Of a stretch of 64,000 nt of DNA, positions 10,902 through 24,161 are shown piece after piece. The position numbers and the translations under genes were made by a program. This stretch comes from Bdellovibrionales bacterium. Lineage in GTDB: Bacteria; Bdellovibrionota; Bdellovibrionia; Bdellovibrionales; UBA1609. The stretch's first letter is position 1. Every line of letters starts with the position of its first letter. Below the pieces are notes generated by a model, which did not search any database, was not told the origin of the DNA, and saw nothing but the letters and a program-made list of their open reading frames with translations. Location: assembly GCA_027317865.1 (NCBI GenBank), contig DAHVQG010000001.1:160001-224000 (forward strand). Direction: 5' to 3'.

Positions 10902-11438
10902 ATGATCACAAGAGAATCTAAAGAACAAGAAATTTCTGAAATTTCTGAGCGCCTTGCAAAAGCCAAAGCGGCATTTGTTGTCGACTTCAAAGGGCTGAAT
11001 GTTGAAAAGGTCACAAAATTTAGAAAGTTATTGAGTCCTATTCAGTCGGAAATGAAAGTGGTTAAAAACACGCTCGCTTATCGCGCTTTAAATGAGCATG
11101 AAGCGTTCAAGGGACCGCTTGAGGGCAAGTTGACGGGTAACAACGCGTTTGTATTCGCGTATGAAGACGTTAGCGCATCCGCAAAAGCCGTGACCGCGTT
11201 TGCAAAAGAAAACGAAGAACTGGTTTTAAAAACGGGCGTGATGGATGGCCGGCTACTCGATGAAGCCCAGATTAAATTTTTGGCTACGTTGCCTGGCAAA
11301 CCAGAACTTCAGGCTAAACTGTTGGGAACGTTACAGGCGCCATCGCAGAAATTTGTGTCACTTTTAAACCAAGTACCAAGCTCGTTTGTGCGTTTGTTGG
11401 CTGCTTACCGCGATAAAGTTGGCGGAACAGCTGCGTAG
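10902..11438 (+). CDS. rplJ: 50S ribosomal protein L10
   Basis: VVKNTLA, LATLP; synteny. Confidence 0.97.
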   Translation: MITRESKEQEISEISERLAKAKAAFVVDFKGLNVEKVTKFRKLLSPIQSEMKVVKNTLAYRALNEHEAFKGPLEGKLTGNNAFVFAYEDVSASAKAVTAFAKENEELVLKTGVMDGRLLDEAQIKFLATLPGKPELQAKLLGTLQAPSQKFVSLLNQVPSSFVRLLAAYRDKVGGTAA

Positions 11439-11502
11439 GATTATATAAAATTAATTTAACCTTACAGATGATGAATCTGTCGTTATGACGAAGGAGAAAA
11501 AC

Positions 11503-11883
11503 ATGTCACTCTCGAAAGAACAAGTAGTTGATTACTTATCAAGCATGCCGGTTATGGAACTGGCCGAAATGATCAAAACCCTTGAAGAAAAATGGGGTGT
11601 TTCCGCGGCTGCTCCCGTAGCGGTTGCAGCGGTTGGCGCAGCTGGAGCTGGGGCCGCAGCTGCCGAAGAAAAAACCGAATTCACAGTTGTTTTGGCTGAC
11701 GCCGGGGCGAACAAAATTAACGTCATTAAAGAAGTCCGAACTCTTACCGGTCTTGGGCTAAAAGAAGCTAAAGATCTCGTAGAAGGTGCTCCAAAAACGG
11801 TGAAGGATGGCGTTTCGAAAGCCGATGCGGAAAAAATGAAAGAAGCACTGACAAAAGCTGGTGCAAAAGTTGAAATTAAATAA
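11503..11883 (+). CDS. rplL: 50S ribosomal protein L7/L12
   Basis: [19 protein letters not shown] after AAGGAG. Confidence 0.98.
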   Translation: MSLSKEQVVDYLSSMPVMELAEMIKTLEEKWGVSAAAPVAVAAVGAAGAGAAAAEEKTEFTVVLADAGANKINVIKEVRTLTGLGLKEAKDLVEGAPKTVKDGVSKADAEKMKEALTKAGAKVEIK

Positions 11884-11884
11884 A

Positions 11885-11940
11885 TCATTTTTGTTAGATT
11901 GCAAAAATGAACCAGCGAGACGCGAGTGCGCCTCGCTGGG
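11885..11940 (+). terminator. rplL-rpoB intergenic double hairpin (attenuator-like)
   Basis: Stems TCATTTTTG/CAAAAATGA and CCAGCGAG/CTCGCTGG; weak U tail. Confidence 0.55.
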
Positions 11941-12009
11941 ATTGTCGTTAAGTGTTAATAATGAGCGTTTAGCCCACGGTGTGGCGGCTTTGCGCGAAGG
12001 GAGCCAAGA

Positions 12010-15000
12010 ATGAATTTAACTCCAGTGACTGCCTCGAACATTCGGTTGCGACGCAGTTTTGCGAGAACAAAACAATACACGGATATTCCCAACTTGATTG
12101 AGCTTCAAAAGAAATCGTATGAGGGCTTTTTGCAGAAGGACGTCGATGCAGATCGACGCGGCAATGAGGGCCTCAACGGTGTTTTTAAATCCGTGTTTCC
12201 GATCGCAGATTTTAACAATACGGCTAATCTGGAGTTTGTCAGTTACACTCTCGAGCCACCCAAATATGACGTCGATGAATGCCGTCAGCGTGGTATGAGT
12301 TACGCGACGCCCTTGAAAGTGACGTTCCGTCTCATTGTATTTGATGTTGACGAAGAAACCGAAGCGCGAAGCATTCGGGATGTTAAAGAACAAGAAGTAT
12401 ATCTTGGTGAAATCCCGCTTATGACCACAAACGGTTCGTTCATCATCAATGGAACCGAACGGGTGGTTGTGAGTCAGCTCCACCGTTCGCCGGGTGTATT
12501 TTTCGATCATGACAAAGGTAAAAACAACGCAAGCGGAAAATTTATATACTCCGCGCGAGTCATTCCATATCGTGGGTCGTGGCTTGATTTTGAATTTGAT
12601 CAAAAAGATTTATTGTATGTGCGGATTGATCGCCGCCGTAAATTTCCAGTTACAATATTATTGAAAGCTCTTGGTTACTCGACTGAAGAATTGCTTAAAT
12701 TCTTCTACCATATTGATACAGTTCGAGTGAGCAAAGACGGCCGGTTCTTGCGTGATCTAGACATTGAAAAGTTGGCCGGGCAAAGAGCAATTTCTGACAT
12801 CAATGATCCCAAGACAAAAGAAAATATTGTGAAAGCGGGCCGTAGAATCACGCGTGCGGTCGTCAAGCGTGTGCAGGCCGCGGGGATTAAAGAATTAGAA
12901 GTTGCCCAAGCGGATCTCGACGGTAAGGTCATCGCAAGCCCTATTATCGATGAGTCAACAGGCGAAATCATAGCTGACGCCAATGCCGAGATGAACGGCG
13001 ATATTATTAGTGCGGCCTTAGCGGCTGGTATACGCGAATTTCATGTCATATTCTTTGACGGCCTTTCGGTCGGACCCTATTTGCGGAATACGCTTCTCAT
13101 TGATAAAGTCGCAACGAAAGAAGAGTCTCTTATTGAAATCTACAAACGTCTTCGTCCCGGCGAACCACCGACGGACGAAGCCGCGACTACTTTTTTTCAT
13201 CGGCTGTTTTTTGATCCTGAGACGTATGATCTAAGCGAAGTGGGCCGGTTGAAAATCAATCACCGGTTTTCAATTCCGTTTGAAGAATGTCCGGTTTCGC
13301 ATCGTACGCTGACCCAAAAAGATATTTTGCTCGTTGTGAAAACCCTAATCGATTTGAAAAACGGGCAAGGAAAAACCGATGATATCGACCACCTGGGTAA
13401 TAGGCGTGTCCGCTCAGTCGGTGAGCTTCTTGAAAATCAATATCGAATCGGACTTGTGCGTATGGAGCGTGCCATTCGCGAGCGCATGAGCCTTCAAGAT
13501 GTCGAAACGATGATGCCGCACGATCTGGTGAACGCAAAACCAGTCAATGCGGTTGTGAAAGAATTTTTTGGTTCAAGTCAATTGTCGCAATTTATGGATC
13601 AAACAAACCCGCTTTCAGAAATTACACATAAGCGGCGTTTGTCGGCGCTTGGGCCAGGCGGTTTGACTCGTGATCGTGCGGGGTTTGAAGTGCGTGACGT
13701 GCATCCGACCCACTATGGGCGAATTTGCCCGATTGAGACCCCTGAAGGTCCGAATATCGGGTTAATCGCATCGCTGGCTACTTACGCTAGAATAAATAAT
13801 TATGGTTTTATCGAAACTCCTTATCGAAAAGTCGAAGGCGGCAAGGTCGATAAAAACATTATGTATATGTCAGCTCTTGAGGAGCAGGGCCACCACATTG
13901 CGCAGGCTGGTCGCGGTACTAAAGAAGACAAACTCACCGATGAGAACGTAACGGTTCGAAAAGACGGCGAGTACGAGGTTGTCGATCGCGAGAAAGTTTC
14001 GCTGATGGATGTCTCACCCAGTCAGTTGGTCTCGATCGCGGCATCTCTCATCCCGTTTCTTGAACACGACGACGCAAACCGCGCGCTTATGGGATCAAAC
14101 ATGCAACGGCAAGCGGTGCCGGTGATTCGCCCTCGTGCTCCTCTTGTCGGGACTGGAGTCGAACGTCTTGTGGCGCGTGACTCTGGCACAAGTGTTGTCT
14201 GCCAAAATGAAGGAATTGTGGAGCAAGTGGACGCTGAACGCATTGTCGTCCGCAGAATCGGAAAAGGCGGCAAACTCGGCGCGAACGTCGACATTTATAA
14301 TCTTACAAAATATCAGCGCACAAACCAAAACACGTGTTTTAACCAGCGCCCGATTGTGAATATGGGCGATCATGTGCAAAAAGGTGATGTGATTGCCGAC
14401 GGGCCTTCAACTGAATTGGGTGAGTTGGCCCTAGGGCAGAACATTCTCGTCGCGTTTACACCGTGGATGGGCTACAACTACGAAGATTCGATTCTTATTT
14501 CTGAGCGTCTAATAAAAGAAGATGTTTACACTTCAGTTCACATAGAAGAATTTGAGTGTGTCGCACGCGATACGAAACTCGGTAAAGAGGAGATCACGCG
14601 CGACATCGCCAATGTTGGCGAAGAAGCGCTCGCTGACCTCGACAGTAGCGGGATCATTCGAATTGGTGCTGAAGTGCGCCCTGGCGACATTTTGGTCGGT
14701 AAGGTGACTCCTAAAGGTGAAACCCAACTTTCGCCTGAAGAGAAACTTTTACGCGCGATCTTTGGCGAAAAAGCCGGGGATGTTCGCGACACCTCGCTGC
14801 GAGTGCCGTCAGGTGTCTCGGGCACTGTCATCGATGCACAAGTTTACAGCCGTGATGGCGCTTCTAAGGACGAGCGGCTACAAACGATTTTGCAACAAAA
14901 GCGCGAGAAGCTCGAAAAGGACATGACGGTTGAACAAAACGTGATTCGCAATAGTGCGATCGACAAACTCAAAGACGTCGTAGTTGGCAAAAAGACGACG

Positions 15001-16206
15001 GGAGTTTTGTTGAGTGAAGATGGATCGCAAAAGTTATTGGTGAAAGACCAAACGATTGCAGCTGATGACTTAGAAACGATTCCATTCGAACTACTCAGTT
15101 ATGTTCCGCTAGAGCAGGAACTCGAGTTTCAGGTGACAAAAATCATGGACGCCGCACGTAATCAACTTGATGCGGTGAAAATGGTTTTTAGTGAAAAATT
15201 CGATCGATTGTCGAAAGGCGATGACCTCCCGCCGGGAGTTATCAAAATGGTTAAAGTTTACGTGGCAATTAAACGTAAACTTCAAGTTGGCGATAAGTTC
15301 GCGGGGCGGCACGGTAATAAAGGTGTTATTTCTCGGGTGCTTCCTGAAGAAGACATGCCGTATTTAGCGGATGGCTCGCCAGTTGACATGGTTTTGAACC
15401 CGCTTGGTGTGCCTTCTCGTATGAATATTGGCCAAGTTCTTGAAATTCACTTGGGTTGGGCCGCTCACGGCCTCGGCCAGAAACTGCAAAAAGTTTTAGA
15501 GGCATATCAAGACGCCGAAGCGAGAAAAGCCTTGAAGGATTCGTTATCTGATCCAGATTTGGCGAAAGTGATTGACCAGGCCGATGAGACGTCTCTGCGA
15601 AAAATGTTGCGACAAGTCCGCAATGGGATTCATGTCGCGACTCCGGTATTCGATGGAGCTTTGGAATCTGATGTCAAAGAGCTATTGAAAAAAGCGGAAC
15701 TTCCGTTATCCGGTCAGACCGTGCTGTTTGACGGCCGAACTGGAGAACCTTTTCAAAATCCAGTTACCGTCGGGATTATGTACATGCTCAAACTTCACCA
15801 CTTGGTTGAAGAGAAAATACACGCGCGCTCGATCGGACCATATTCACTCGTTTCGCAGCAGCCACTCGGCGGTAAGGCTCAGTTTGGCGGGCAGCGACTA
15901 GGCGAGATGGAAGTCTGGGCGATCGAGGCTTATGGGGCCGCTTATTCACTCCAAGAGTTTTTGACCGTTAAATCTGACGATGTTGCGGGACGGACACGCA
16001 TGTATGAAAGCATTGTCAAAGGCGAGAACGTCTTGGAGCCCGGGTTGCCCGAATCGTTCAACGTTTTGGTGAAGGAGCTTCAATCGCTCGCGTTGAATGT
16101 GGAGTTGATCGAGTCGGATATTTTGACTGAAAAGCCAAAATTTGAAGACGGTGAAAACGGCGCAGCACCGGAGGGTGAAACGCCAAGCCCGGCTGCCGAG
16201 CATTGA
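12010..16206 (+). CDS. rpoB: RNA polymerase beta subunit
   Basis: [22 protein letters not shown], rifampicin region SQLSQFMDQ. Confidence 0.99.
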   Translation: MNLTPVTASNIRLRRSFARTKQYTDIPNLIELQKKSYEGFLQKDVDADRRGNEGLNGVFKSVFPIADFNNTANLEFVSYTLEPPKYDVDECRQRGMSYATPLKVTFRLIVFDVDEETEARSIRDVKEQEVYLGEIPLMTTNGSFIINGTERVVVSQLHRSPGVFFDHDKGKNNASGKFIYSARVIPYRGSWLDFEFDQKDLLYVRIDRRRKFPVTILLKALGYSTEELLKFFYHIDTVRVSKDGRFLRDLDIEKLAGQRAISDINDPKTKENIVKAGRRITRAVVKRVQAAGIKELEVAQADLDGKVIASPIIDESTGEIIADANAEMNGDIISAALAAGIREFHVIFFDGLSVGPYLRNTLLIDKVATKEESLIEIYKRLRPGEPPTDEAATTFFHRLFFDPETYDLSEVGRLKINHRFSIPFEECPVSHRTLTQKDILLVVKTLIDLKNGQGKTDDIDHLGNRRVRSVGELLENQYRIGLVRMERAIRERMSLQDVETMMPHDLVNAKPVNAVVKEFFGSSQLSQFMDQTNPLSEITHKRRLSALGPGGLTRDRAGFEVRDVHPTHYGRICPIETPEGPNIGLIASLATYARINNYGFIETPYRKVEGGKVDKNIMYMSALEEQGHHIAQAGRGTKEDKLTDENVTVRKDGEYEVVDREKVSLMDVSPSQLVSIAASLIPFLEHDDANRALMGSNMQRQAVPVIRPRAPLVGTGVERLVARDSGTSVVCQNEGIVEQVDAERIVVRRIGKGGKLGANVDIYNLTKYQRTNQNTCFNQRPIVNMGDHVQKGDVIADGPSTELGELALGQNILVAFTPWMGYNYEDSILISERLIKEDVYTSVHIEEFECVARDTKLGKEEITRDIANVGEEALADLDSSGIIRIGAEVRPGDILVGKVTPKGETQLSPEEKLLRAIFGEKAGDVRDTSLRVPSGVSGTVIDAQVYSRDGASKDERLQTILQQKREKLEKDMTVEQNVIRNSAIDKLKDVVVGKKTTGVLLSEDGSQKLLVKDQTIAADDLETIPFELLSYVPLEQELEFQVTKIMDAARNQLDAVKMVFSEKFDRLSKGDDLPPGVIKMVKVYVAIKRKLQVGDKFAGRHGNKGVISRVLPEEDMPYLADGSPVDMVLNPLGVPSRMNIGQVLEIHLGWAAHGLGQKLQKVLEAYQDAEARKALKDSLSDPDLAKVIDQADETSLRKMLRQVRNGIHVATPVFDGALESDVKELLKKAELPLSGQTVLFDGRTGEPFQNPVTVGIMYMLKLHHLVEEKIHARSIGPYSLVSQQPLGGKAQFGGQRLGEMEVWAIEAYGAAYSLQEFLTVKSDDVAGRTRMYESIVKGENVLEPGLPESFNVLVKELQSLALNVELIESDILTEKPKFEDGENGAAPEGETPSPAAEH

Positions 16207-16273
16207 TAGGATTTGTTTATAACGAGTGCGACTCGGCGGTAGCGATACAAAGCCGACGCACGGAGGAGTCAAA

Positions 16274-19200
16274 GTGAAAGACCTATTGAACTTTTTTGAT
16301 AAACCGAAGGATCCACTGTCATTTCATGCCGTGCGAATTTCGCTGGCCTCAGCCGAAATGATTCGTGAGTGGTCACATGGTGAAGTGAAAAAACCAGAAA
16401 CTATCAACTATCGTACATTTAAACCCGAGCGTGACGGTTTATTTTGCGCAAAAATTTTCGGGCCGATAAAAGACTATGAATGTCTGTGCGGCAAATATAA
16501 ACGCATGAAGTATCGGGGAGTGGTCTGCGAAAAATGTGGCGTTGAGGTAACGCAATCAAAAGTTCGTCGTGAACGACTTGGTCACATTGAGCTTGCGACA
16601 CCGGTTGCGCACATTTGGTTTTTAAGGTCATTGCCAAGTCGGATTGGTAATCTCCTGAACATGACGTTGAAAGACGTCGAAAAGGTTCTATATTGCGAAG
16701 CCTACGTCGTCGTCGATCCGATGGAAACGGCCCTCGAAGAATTCCAAGTTCTGACCGAAGAAGCCTACCAATCGGCATTGGCAGAGCACGGCCCCAACTT
16801 CAAAGCGATGATGGGCGGAGAGGCGATTCTTGAGCTTCTTAAAAAAGTGGATATCGAGTATCTATCCCGCAAACTACGGATGGATTTAAAAGAAACGAAA
16901 TCCGATGCGCAAATCAAAAAGCTATCGAAACGGCTCAAAGTCGTCGAAGCGTTTAAGGGTTCAATAAATAAACCAGAATGGATGATGCTCGCCGCGCTGC
17001 CCGTTATTCCCCCGGATTTGCGCCCCTTGGTGCCCTTAGATGGCGGCAGGTTTGCGACGTCCGACTTGAATGACCTCTATCGGCGTGTGATTAACCGAAA
17101 TAATCGACTGCGGCGGCTCGAAGAACTCAATGCTCCGGACATCATTATTCGAAATGAAAAGCGAATGCTTCAAGAGGCCGTGGATGCGCTCCTTGATAAT
17201 GGTCGGCGTGGCAAAACGTTTACCGGTCCGAACAAACGTCCACTGCGTTCGTTGAGCGATATGCTTAAAGGTAAACAAGGGCGGTTTCGTCAAAACTTGC
17301 TCGGTAAGCGCGTGGACTATTCTGGCCGATCCGTGATTGTAGTGGGTCCCGAGTTGAAACTGCATCAGTGCGGGTTGCCAAAAAAGATGGCGCTCGAACT
17401 TTTCAAGCCTTACGTTTACAACAAACTTGAAGAGCGTGGATTTGCCACAACTATCAAACAAGCGAAAAAGCTCGTTGAAGAAGAAGAAGTCGAAGTTTGG
17501 GATATCCTCTCAGAAGTTGTGAAAGAACATCCTGTGCTTCTTAACCGCGCCCCTACGCTTCACCGCCTCGGTATTCAGGCATTCGAGCCGATTTTGCATG
17601 AAGGTAAAGCGATTCAGTTACATCCGCTTGTCTGTACGGCATTCAATGCGGACTTCGACGGAGACCAAATGGCCGTACACGTACCGCTTTCTGTCGAAGC
17701 GCAAGTTGAAGCTCGTGTCCTGATGATGTCGACCAACAATATATTGAGCCCGGCGCACGGCAAACCGATCATCAATCCTTCTCAAGATATCGTACTCGGG
17801 ATTTATTGGATGACGCGTATTCGGGTTGGCGCCAAAGGAACAGGAAAAATCTTTAGCGGCATAGATGAAGCGATCTATGCTTTTGAAACGGGCCAAATTG
17901 ATTTGCAAGCGGCGTGTAAGGTGCGAATTCATGGCAAAGTCCAAGAGACGAGCGTCGGCCGTGCAATTTTGAGTGACATTGTGCCGCGCGAAGTTCCGTT
18001 TGAGGCAATCAATCGCGTGATGACAAAGAAAACGATCGCAAATTTGATCGATTCGTCATTCCGTTTAGCGGGCGCAAAGTCCACGGTGATTTTGGCTGAT
18101 AAATTAATGCGTCTTGGGTTTAAGTTTTCAACCCAAGCCGGTATTTCGATTTGCATCGACCATATGGCGATTCCCGCAAATAAAGAAAAATTGTTGAAGG
18201 ATGCCGAAAAGCAAGTCTTTGAGATTAAACGTCAGTATGACGAGGGTCTCATTACCGATGGTGAACGGTACAACAAAGTCGTCGATATTTGGGCACAGAC
18301 AGCGGATAAAGTGGCTAAAGAAATGATGACCAATCTTGAGACTCAGACCTTTAAAATCGAAGGTAAAGAAGTCGAAAGTGCCAGTTTTAACCCGATCTTC
18401 ATTATGGCTGATTCGGGTGCGAGAGGTAGTGCCGCACAGATTCGTCAATTGGCCGGAATGCGGGGATTAATGGCTAAGCCCTCCGGTGAAATTATTGAAA
18501 CGCCGATTACCGCGAATTTTCGTGAGGGTCTTACCGTTCTACAATACTTCATTTCTACGCACGGTGCCCGTAAGGGTCTGGCCGATACGGCGTTAAAAAC
18601 GGCGAATTCGGGTTATCTGACACGGCGACTTGTCGACGTGGCCCAAGACGTGATCGTGACTGAAATCGATTGCGGTACCACGGATGGAATGACAATTACC
18701 CCGCTGCTCGAAGGTGGTGAAGTTATTCAGCCGATTGGGGAGCGTATTTTGGGTCGTGTTGTGCTTGAAGATATAACCGATCCCTACACAAACGAAGTGA
18801 TTGTCGCCGCCAATGAAGAAGTAACCGAAGATGTTGTACGAAAATTAGATGAAGCGGGTATTGAACGCGTGCAAATTCGTTCCGTACTCACTTGTAAAGC
18901 GCATCGTGGCGTTTGCGTGAAATGTTACGGCCGCGATTTGGCTCGTGGTAGTATCGTCAATCTTGGCGAAGCCGTCGGCATTATAGCAGCGCAATCAATT
19001 GGTGAGCCGGGCACACAGCTGACCATGAGAACCTTCCACTTAGGTGGAGCGGCGTCCCGTGCGGTTGAACAATCCGTGCATACGGCCCGTCACGAAGGAA
19101 CGGTCAAGTTTCACGATGTGCACGCCGTCGCCAATCGCACAGGCAAGCTCACCACACTTAGCCGCAACGGAGAAATCGCAACTGTTGATAACAGTGGGCG

Positions 19201-20413
19201 CGAACGTGAACGGTTTAAACTTGTTTACGGTTCGGTGCTAAACGTAAAAGAAGGTGACAGCGTTAAGAAGGGCGACGTTTTGGCGGAGTGGGATCCCTAT
19301 TCCAACCCGATCATCGCCGACATGACCGGCATCATCCGCTTTGACAATATTGAAGAGGGCGTCACGATGTCCGAACAAGTGGACGCTGTGACCGGATTTT
19401 CGACCAAGGTTATAACGGATTCAAAAGGCGCCGATGCGAAGCCAACTGTTTCTCTGACGGATTCGAGCGGCAAAACAATGAATTTGCCGAATCGTGAAAT
19501 TCCGGCCCGGTACATTTTGCCGGTGGGAGCGCAACTTCTGGTCTCAGAGGGCAAAGAAGTTCATGCTGGCGATGTGATCGCAAAAATTCACCGTCAGACG
19601 ACGAAAACACGCGATATTACAGGCGGTCTGCCTCGTGTGGCGGAACTTTTCGAAGCTCGTAAACCGAAAGAATCAGCGGTCATTTCTGAAATCGACGGCT
19701 ATGTGACTTTCGGTCAAGACGTCAAAGGTAAACAACGGGTCATTATCACGCCGGAAATCGGCGAGCAGAAAGAATATTTAATTCCTAAAGGTAAGCATGT
19801 CACGGTTCGCGAAGGCGAATTTATAAAAGCTGGCGAGCCGCTGATGGATGGACCGATCAGCCCGCATGATATTTTGCGCGTGCTTGGCGATAAAGAACTT
19901 GCCGCGTACTTGCTCAATGAAGTGCAGGAAGTTTACCGGCTACAAGGTGTTTCGATTAACGATAAACATATTGAGATTATCGTGCGTCAAATGTTGCGAA
20001 AAGTTTCGGTGAACGATCCTGGCGATACGCTATTTATCTCGGGTGAAAATGTTGAGAAATATCTTTTTGACGAGATGAATGAAAAGGCGATCAAAGAGGG
20101 CGGCAAACCGGCGATAGCCGAACCGTTGCTCCTTGGGATCACAAAGGTTTCATTGAGCACTGAAAGCTGGATATCGGCAGCTTCGTTTCAAGAAACCACG
20201 AAGGTTCTTACAGAAGCGGCGATTCAATCGCGTTCTGACAATTTGCGCGGCTTAAAAGAAAACATCATTATGGGTCGGCTCATACCGGCCGGTACGGGTG
20301 TGCCATCTTATAAGCGATGGAAAATAGTCGTGGATGAATCTGAAGCTGAAACTTCGGCGGCATTGCCGGGTATGGGGATTGGGGCTTCAACCACGGCAGG
20401 TGCGCAGGTTTGA
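16274..20413 (+). CDS. rpoC: RNA polymerase beta' subunit
   Basis: NADFDGD and zinc finger; GTG start after GGAGGAG. Confidence 0.99.
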   Translation: MKDLLNFFDKPKDPLSFHAVRISLASAEMIREWSHGEVKKPETINYRTFKPERDGLFCAKIFGPIKDYECLCGKYKRMKYRGVVCEKCGVEVTQSKVRRERLGHIELATPVAHIWFLRSLPSRIGNLLNMTLKDVEKVLYCEAYVVVDPMETALEEFQVLTEEAYQSALAEHGPNFKAMMGGEAILELLKKVDIEYLSRKLRMDLKETKSDAQIKKLSKRLKVVEAFKGSINKPEWMMLAALPVIPPDLRPLVPLDGGRFATSDLNDLYRRVINRNNRLRRLEELNAPDIIIRNEKRMLQEAVDALLDNGRRGKTFTGPNKRPLRSLSDMLKGKQGRFRQNLLGKRVDYSGRSVIVVGPELKLHQCGLPKKMALELFKPYVYNKLEERGFATTIKQAKKLVEEEEVEVWDILSEVVKEHPVLLNRAPTLHRLGIQAFEPILHEGKAIQLHPLVCTAFNADFDGDQMAVHVPLSVEAQVEARVLMMSTNNILSPAHGKPIINPSQDIVLGIYWMTRIRVGAKGTGKIFSGIDEAIYAFETGQIDLQAACKVRIHGKVQETSVGRAILSDIVPREVPFEAINRVMTKKTIANLIDSSFRLAGAKSTVILADKLMRLGFKFSTQAGISICIDHMAIPANKEKLLKDAEKQVFEIKRQYDEGLITDGERYNKVVDIWAQTADKVAKEMMTNLETQTFKIEGKEVESASFNPIFIMADSGARGSAAQIRQLAGMRGLMAKPSGEIIETPITANFREGLTVLQYFISTHGARKGLADTALKTANSGYLTRRLVDVAQDVIVTEIDCGTTDGMTITPLLEGGEVIQPIGERILGRVVLEDITDPYTNEVIVAANEEVTEDVVRKLDEAGIERVQIRSVLTCKAHRGVCVKCYGRDLARGSIVNLGEAVGIIAAQSIGEPGTQLTMRTFHLGGAASRAVEQSVHTARHEGTVKFHDVHAVANRTGKLTTLSRNGEIATVDNSGRERERFKLVYGSVLNVKEGDSVKKGDVLAEWDPYSNPIIADMTGIIRFDNIEEGVTMSEQVDAVTGFSTKVITDSKGADAKPTVSLTDSSGKTMNLPNREIPARYILPVGAQLLVSEGKEVHAGDVIAKIHRQTTKTRDITGGLPRVAELFEARKPKESAVISEIDGYVTFGQDVKGKQRVIITPEIGEQKEYLIPKGKHVTVREGEFIKAGEPLMDGPISPHDILRVLGDKELAAYLLNEVQEVYRLQGVSINDKHIEIIVRQMLRKVSVNDPGDTLFISGENVEKYLFDEMNEKAIKEGGKPAIAEPLLLGITKVSLSTESWISAASFQETTKVLTEAAIQSRSDNLRGLKENIIMGRLIPAGTGVPSYKRWKIVVDESEAETSAALPGMGIGASTTAGAQV

Positions 20414-20460
20414 ACGTAAAACGGTAGAATAGTAACAAGTACCGTGACGAAGCAGCGTAT

Positions 20461-20489
20461 TTGACAAAAAAAGAGGGCTGGGATAGCTT
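20461..20489 (+). promoter_or_regulatory. Sigma70 promoter of the str operon
   Basis: TTGACA-17 nt-TAGCTT upstream of rpsL. Confidence 0.7.
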
Positions 20490-20518
20490 GTGCGCCCAGC
20501 GTAAGAAAGAGGAATTGG

Positions 20519-20896
20519 ATGCCCACAATTAACCAGTTGATTCGCAGTCAAAGGCGATTGCAAAAGTCAAAATCGAAATCACCGGCGCTTACACAGTGTC
20601 CGCAACGGCGTGGGGTATGTACCCGGGTTTTCACAACCACTCCCAAAAAGCCAAATTCAGCGTTGCGAAAAGTTGCGCGTGTTCGTTTATCAAACGGTTT
20701 TGAAGTGAACTCATATATACCTGGCATCGGCCACAACTTGCAGGAGCACTCGGTTGTGCTCATTCGCGGCGGCCGGGTAAAAGATTTGCCAGGGGTTCGT
20801 TACCATATCATTCGAGGCGTTCTTGATACACAAGGTGTGCAAAACCGGATGTGTGGTCGATCAAAATATGGCGCGAAGAAACCCAAAAAGGCGTGA
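20519..20896 (+). CDS. rpsL: 30S ribosomal protein S12
   Basis: [20 protein letters not shown]. Confidence 0.99.
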   Translation: MPTINQLIRSQRRLQKSKSKSPALTQCPQRRGVCTRVFTTTPKKPNSALRKVARVRLSNGFEVNSYIPGIGHNLQEHSVVLIRGGRVKDLPGVRYHIIRGVLDTQGVQNRMCGRSKYGAKKPKKA

Positions 20897-20904
20897 GGTA
20901 GAGT

Positions 20905-21378
20905 ATGGCGCGTAGAAAGAAAAGTTCCCGACGAGAAGTTGCTGCCGACCCGATTTTCAATGATGTGACGGTTTCGAAGTTTATAAACAAAATTATGTTA
21001 GACGGAAAACGTAGCACGGCTGAGCGAATTTTTTACGATTCACTTGAGCAACTCAAAGGCAAAGTGGCCAGCGAAGAGCCGATTTCGGTATTCAAAAAAG
21101 CGGTTGAAAACTGCAAACCCTCCCTTGAGGTGCGATCACGTCGCGTCGGCGGGGCAACATACCAAGTTCCATGCGATGTGCGTCCTTCTCGCCGGTTATC
21201 GCTGGCTATGAAATGGATTGTGATATATGCCCGTGAGCGCGGAGAAAAAACGATGTCTGCGCGGTTAGCTGGCGAAATGTTAGATGCCTACAACAATCGC
21301 GGCAATGCCATTAAAAAGCGCGAAGATGTTCACAAGATGGCAGAAGCCAATAAGGCGTTCTCCCACTACAACTGGTAG
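20905..21378 (+). CDS. rpsG: 30S ribosomal protein S7
   Basis: [19 protein letters not shown]. Confidence 0.99.
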   Translation: MARRKKSSRREVAADPIFNDVTVSKFINKIMLDGKRSTAERIFYDSLEQLKGKVASEEPISVFKKAVENCKPSLEVRSRRVGGATYQVPCDVRPSRRLSLAMKWIVIYARERGEKTMSARLAGEMLDAYNNRGNAIKKREDVHKMAEANKAFSHYNW

Positions 21379-21512
21379 TAGAAGGTTAAAGCGGCCTATT
21401 ACGGTATTTAATTTGGTTGCTTTAACGGTGGTGCGTACGAACGTGCGCATCCGTCGATTCGTCACGACTTGCGCCTGGACCTTTTTGAATTGCATGGCAT
21501 AGAATACATCCA

Positions 21513-23594
21513 ATGAATTCTGACGATCTTAAGTTAACTCGCAATATCGGTATTATGGCGCATATTGATGCCGGTAAAACAACAACAACCGAGCGCATTC
21601 TTTTTTACACGGGTAAAAGTCATAAAATGGGCGAAGTCCATGAAGGTAATACGGTCATGGATTGGATGGTACAAGAGCAAGAGCGCGGTATCACAATCAC
21701 GTCTGCGGCGACCACCTGCTTTTGGAAGAACCATCGTATCAACATCATCGATACTCCCGGGCATGTAGACTTTACTGTTGAAGTGGAACGTTCGTTGCGT
21801 GTACTGGATGGCGCCATAGCTGTTTTTGATGGAGTTAATGGTGTTGAACCGCAATCGGAAACGGTTTGGCGACAAGCTGACAAATACAAAGTTCCTCGCG
21901 TTTGTTTCATAAACAAAATGGATCGTGTCGGCGCCGACTTTGACATGAGCGTTCGTACAATCAAAGAGAAATTAGGTGCGAATCCTGTCGCAATCCAAAT
22001 GCCGATTGGCGCAGAGTCTGATTTTGTCGGTTACGTCGATTTGATTGAGCAAAAGTCCGTCATTTGGGCAAAATCGGGACTAGGCGATGAATTTGTGACG
22101 GGGCCGATTCCTGAAGAATTGCAAGAAAAAGCTGCCAGTGGCCGCGAAAAGCTTCTTGAGACGATCGCCGAATGGGATGACGGCATCATGGCTCGTTATT
22201 TGAACGGCGAAACGATCACGGCGACAGAAATTCGAACGACTCTGCGCAAGTGCACGCTCGAACTCAAAACGACGCCTGTTCTTTGCGGAGCGGCCTTTAA
22301 AAACAAAGGTGTACAGCCGCTCCTCGATTCGGTGATTGATTATTTACCGAGCCCGCTCGACGTACCCCCTGTGGTCGGGCACGATCCGGAGCGGCCAGAT
22401 AAAGAAATTATTTGTAAAACGCAGAGTGATGAGCCGGTTGCGGCGTTAGCTTTCAAAATTGCCACCGATCCTTTCGCTGGGACGTTGACCTATTTGCGTG
22501 TCTATTCGGGCGAAATCAAAGTGGGTATGCAGTTGCTTGTCCCGCGCGAAGGTAAAAAAGAACGTATCCAAAAATTGGTTAAAATGCATGCGAACTCCCG
22601 GCAAGAAATACAAACGTTAAGTGCTGGCGATATTGGCGCGGCGATCGGCCTTAAATTTACGGCCACTGGTGATACGCTATGTGAATCTCGTCGGCCTGTT
22701 TTACTTGAAACCATTCACTTTCCGGAACCGGTTATTTCGGTCGCAATCGAAGCGAAGTCACAAGCTGATCAAGATAAAATGTTGCAGGCACTCGAACGTC
22801 TTCAAAAAGAAGACCCCTCGTGCCGAGTTCGACGAGACAGCGAAACGGGACAAATGCTACTTTCTGGAATGGGTGAGCTGCATCTTGAAATATTGGTGGA
22901 CCGTCTTCTTCGAGAATTTAAGGTGCAAGCTAACGTCGGCAAGCCGATGGTTTCGTTTCGCGAGACCATTACTTCAACGGTTTCCGCAACCGGCACCTTT
23001 CAGCGTGAAATTGCTGAAAAAAAGCACTTTGCTCAAGTTGAGGTTGAACTTTCACCAGCGCAACGCGGTACCGGCTTTCAATTTCACCCGCCTGAAAAGC
23101 CCATCGCAAATCTGACCGACGAGTTTTTGCGGGCGATCAAGACCGGAGCACACGAGTCGAGCGAAGTGGGCGCTTTGGCGGGATATCCGTTGATCGATGT
23201 CATGGTTCGGCTGAAATCGGCCGTTGTGCGGCCAGACGAAGCTTCGGCTATGGCTTTTAAAATAGCTGCGGCAAATGCCTTTCGCGAGGCGCTTCGTAAC
23301 TCCAGGTCACAGCTTCTTGAGCCAATATTTAAAGTAGAGGTGACCACCCCAGACGAATTCATGGGGAATGTCATAGGCGATTTGAATTCAAGGCGGGGCA
23401 AGGTTCATGGCATGATGCCCCGAGGGTCAGTACAAATTATACGTGCCGAAATGCCACTTATGACCATGTTTGGCTACGCGACTGACCTTCGCTCCATATC
23501 ACAAGGGCGAGCCACATTTAGCATGGAATTTCTAGAGTACGCCATGGTGCCACCCAAGGTGGAGCAGGAAATCTTGGCGAAAATGGGCCGGTAA
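21513..23594 (+). CDS. fusA: Elongation factor G, divergent domain IV (EF-G2-like)
   Basis: [33 protein letters not shown]; domain IV tip loops are non-canonical. Confidence 0.93.
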   Translation: MNSDDLKLTRNIGIMAHIDAGKTTTTERILFYTGKSHKMGEVHEGNTVMDWMVQEQERGITITSAATTCFWKNHRINIIDTPGHVDFTVEVERSLRVLDGAIAVFDGVNGVEPQSETVWRQADKYKVPRVCFINKMDRVGADFDMSVRTIKEKLGANPVAIQMPIGAESDFVGYVDLIEQKSVIWAKSGLGDEFVTGPIPEELQEKAASGREKLLETIAEWDDGIMARYLNGETITATEIRTTLRKCTLELKTTPVLCGAAFKNKGVQPLLDSVIDYLPSPLDVPPVVGHDPERPDKEIICKTQSDEPVAALAFKIATDPFAGTLTYLRVYSGEIKVGMQLLVPREGKKERIQKLVKMHANSRQEIQTLSAGDIGAAIGLKFTATGDTLCESRRPVLLETIHFPEPVISVAIEAKSQADQDKMLQALERLQKEDPSCRVRRDSETGQMLLSGMGELHLEILVDRLLREFKVQANVGKPMVSFRETITSTVSATGTFQREIAEKKHFAQVEVELSPAQRGTGFQFHPPEKPIANLTDEFLRAIKTGAHESSEVGALAGYPLIDVMVRLKSAVVRPDEASAMAFKIAAANAFREALRNSRSQLLEPIFKVEVTTPDEFMGNVIGDLNSRRGKVHGMMPRGSVQIIRAEMPLMTMFGYATDLRSISQGRATFSMEFLEYAMVPPKVEQEILAKMGR

Positions 23595-23646
23595 TCGCAG
23601 GCGTAACTTCTTACGGCAGTATGCTTTACTGTTGGGCATTCTCCAG

Positions 23647-23676
23647 TTGACAAACATTGCGCTCAAACGGCATATT
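23647..23676 (+). promoter_or_regulatory. Sigma70 promoter of the S10 operon
   Basis: TTGACA-18 nt-CATATT followed by GC-rich CGCGG. Confidence 0.6.
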
Positions 23677-23841
23677 CGCGGTCTCGTAGTCTTGACCTAT
23701 TTCTTGAGACAAAAAGGTTCGAGTCGGGCGCGCGCGCTTCATGATTTTAAAAATTGCGCGAATTGTATGATTGCCTGATACCGACATCTTTCAATATCTC
23801 ACGGAAAGGGTCGTTATTTGCGGAGAATTTTGGAGAATACC

Positions 23842-24159
23842 ATGCAAAGCCAGCGCATACGAATCCGGTTAAGAGCCTTTGACCACAAACTGTTAGATCA
23901 ATCGACGAAAGAGATCGTTGAAACTGCACGCCGTACTGGTGCAAGAATTGCCGGGCCGATTCCGCTCCCGACGAGAATTAACCGTTATACAGTACTGCGC
24001 TCGCCACACGTGGATAAAAAATCTCGCGAACAGTTTGAAATACGAACGCATAAACGAATGCTCGATATTCTAGAACCCACGCAACAAACTATCGATCAAC
24101 TGATGAAACTTGATCTTTCAGCAGGTGTCGATGTCGAAATCAAACTCTCGGCGGTGTAA
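23842..24159 (+). CDS. rpsJ: 30S ribosomal protein S10
   Basis: [24 protein letters not shown] after GGAG. Confidence 0.99.
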   Translation: MQSQRIRIRLRAFDHKLLDQSTKEIVETARRTGARIAGPIPLPTRINRYTVLRSPHVDKKSREQFEIRTHKRMLDILEPTQQTIDQLMKLDLSAGVDVEIKLSAV

Positions 24160-24161
24160 AA

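Noticed and set aside
12010-20413. Intein, intron or rpoB-rpoC fusion
   Set aside because: Lengths are ordinary, there is a clear TGA TAG stop and a separate RBS, and no intein motifs are visible
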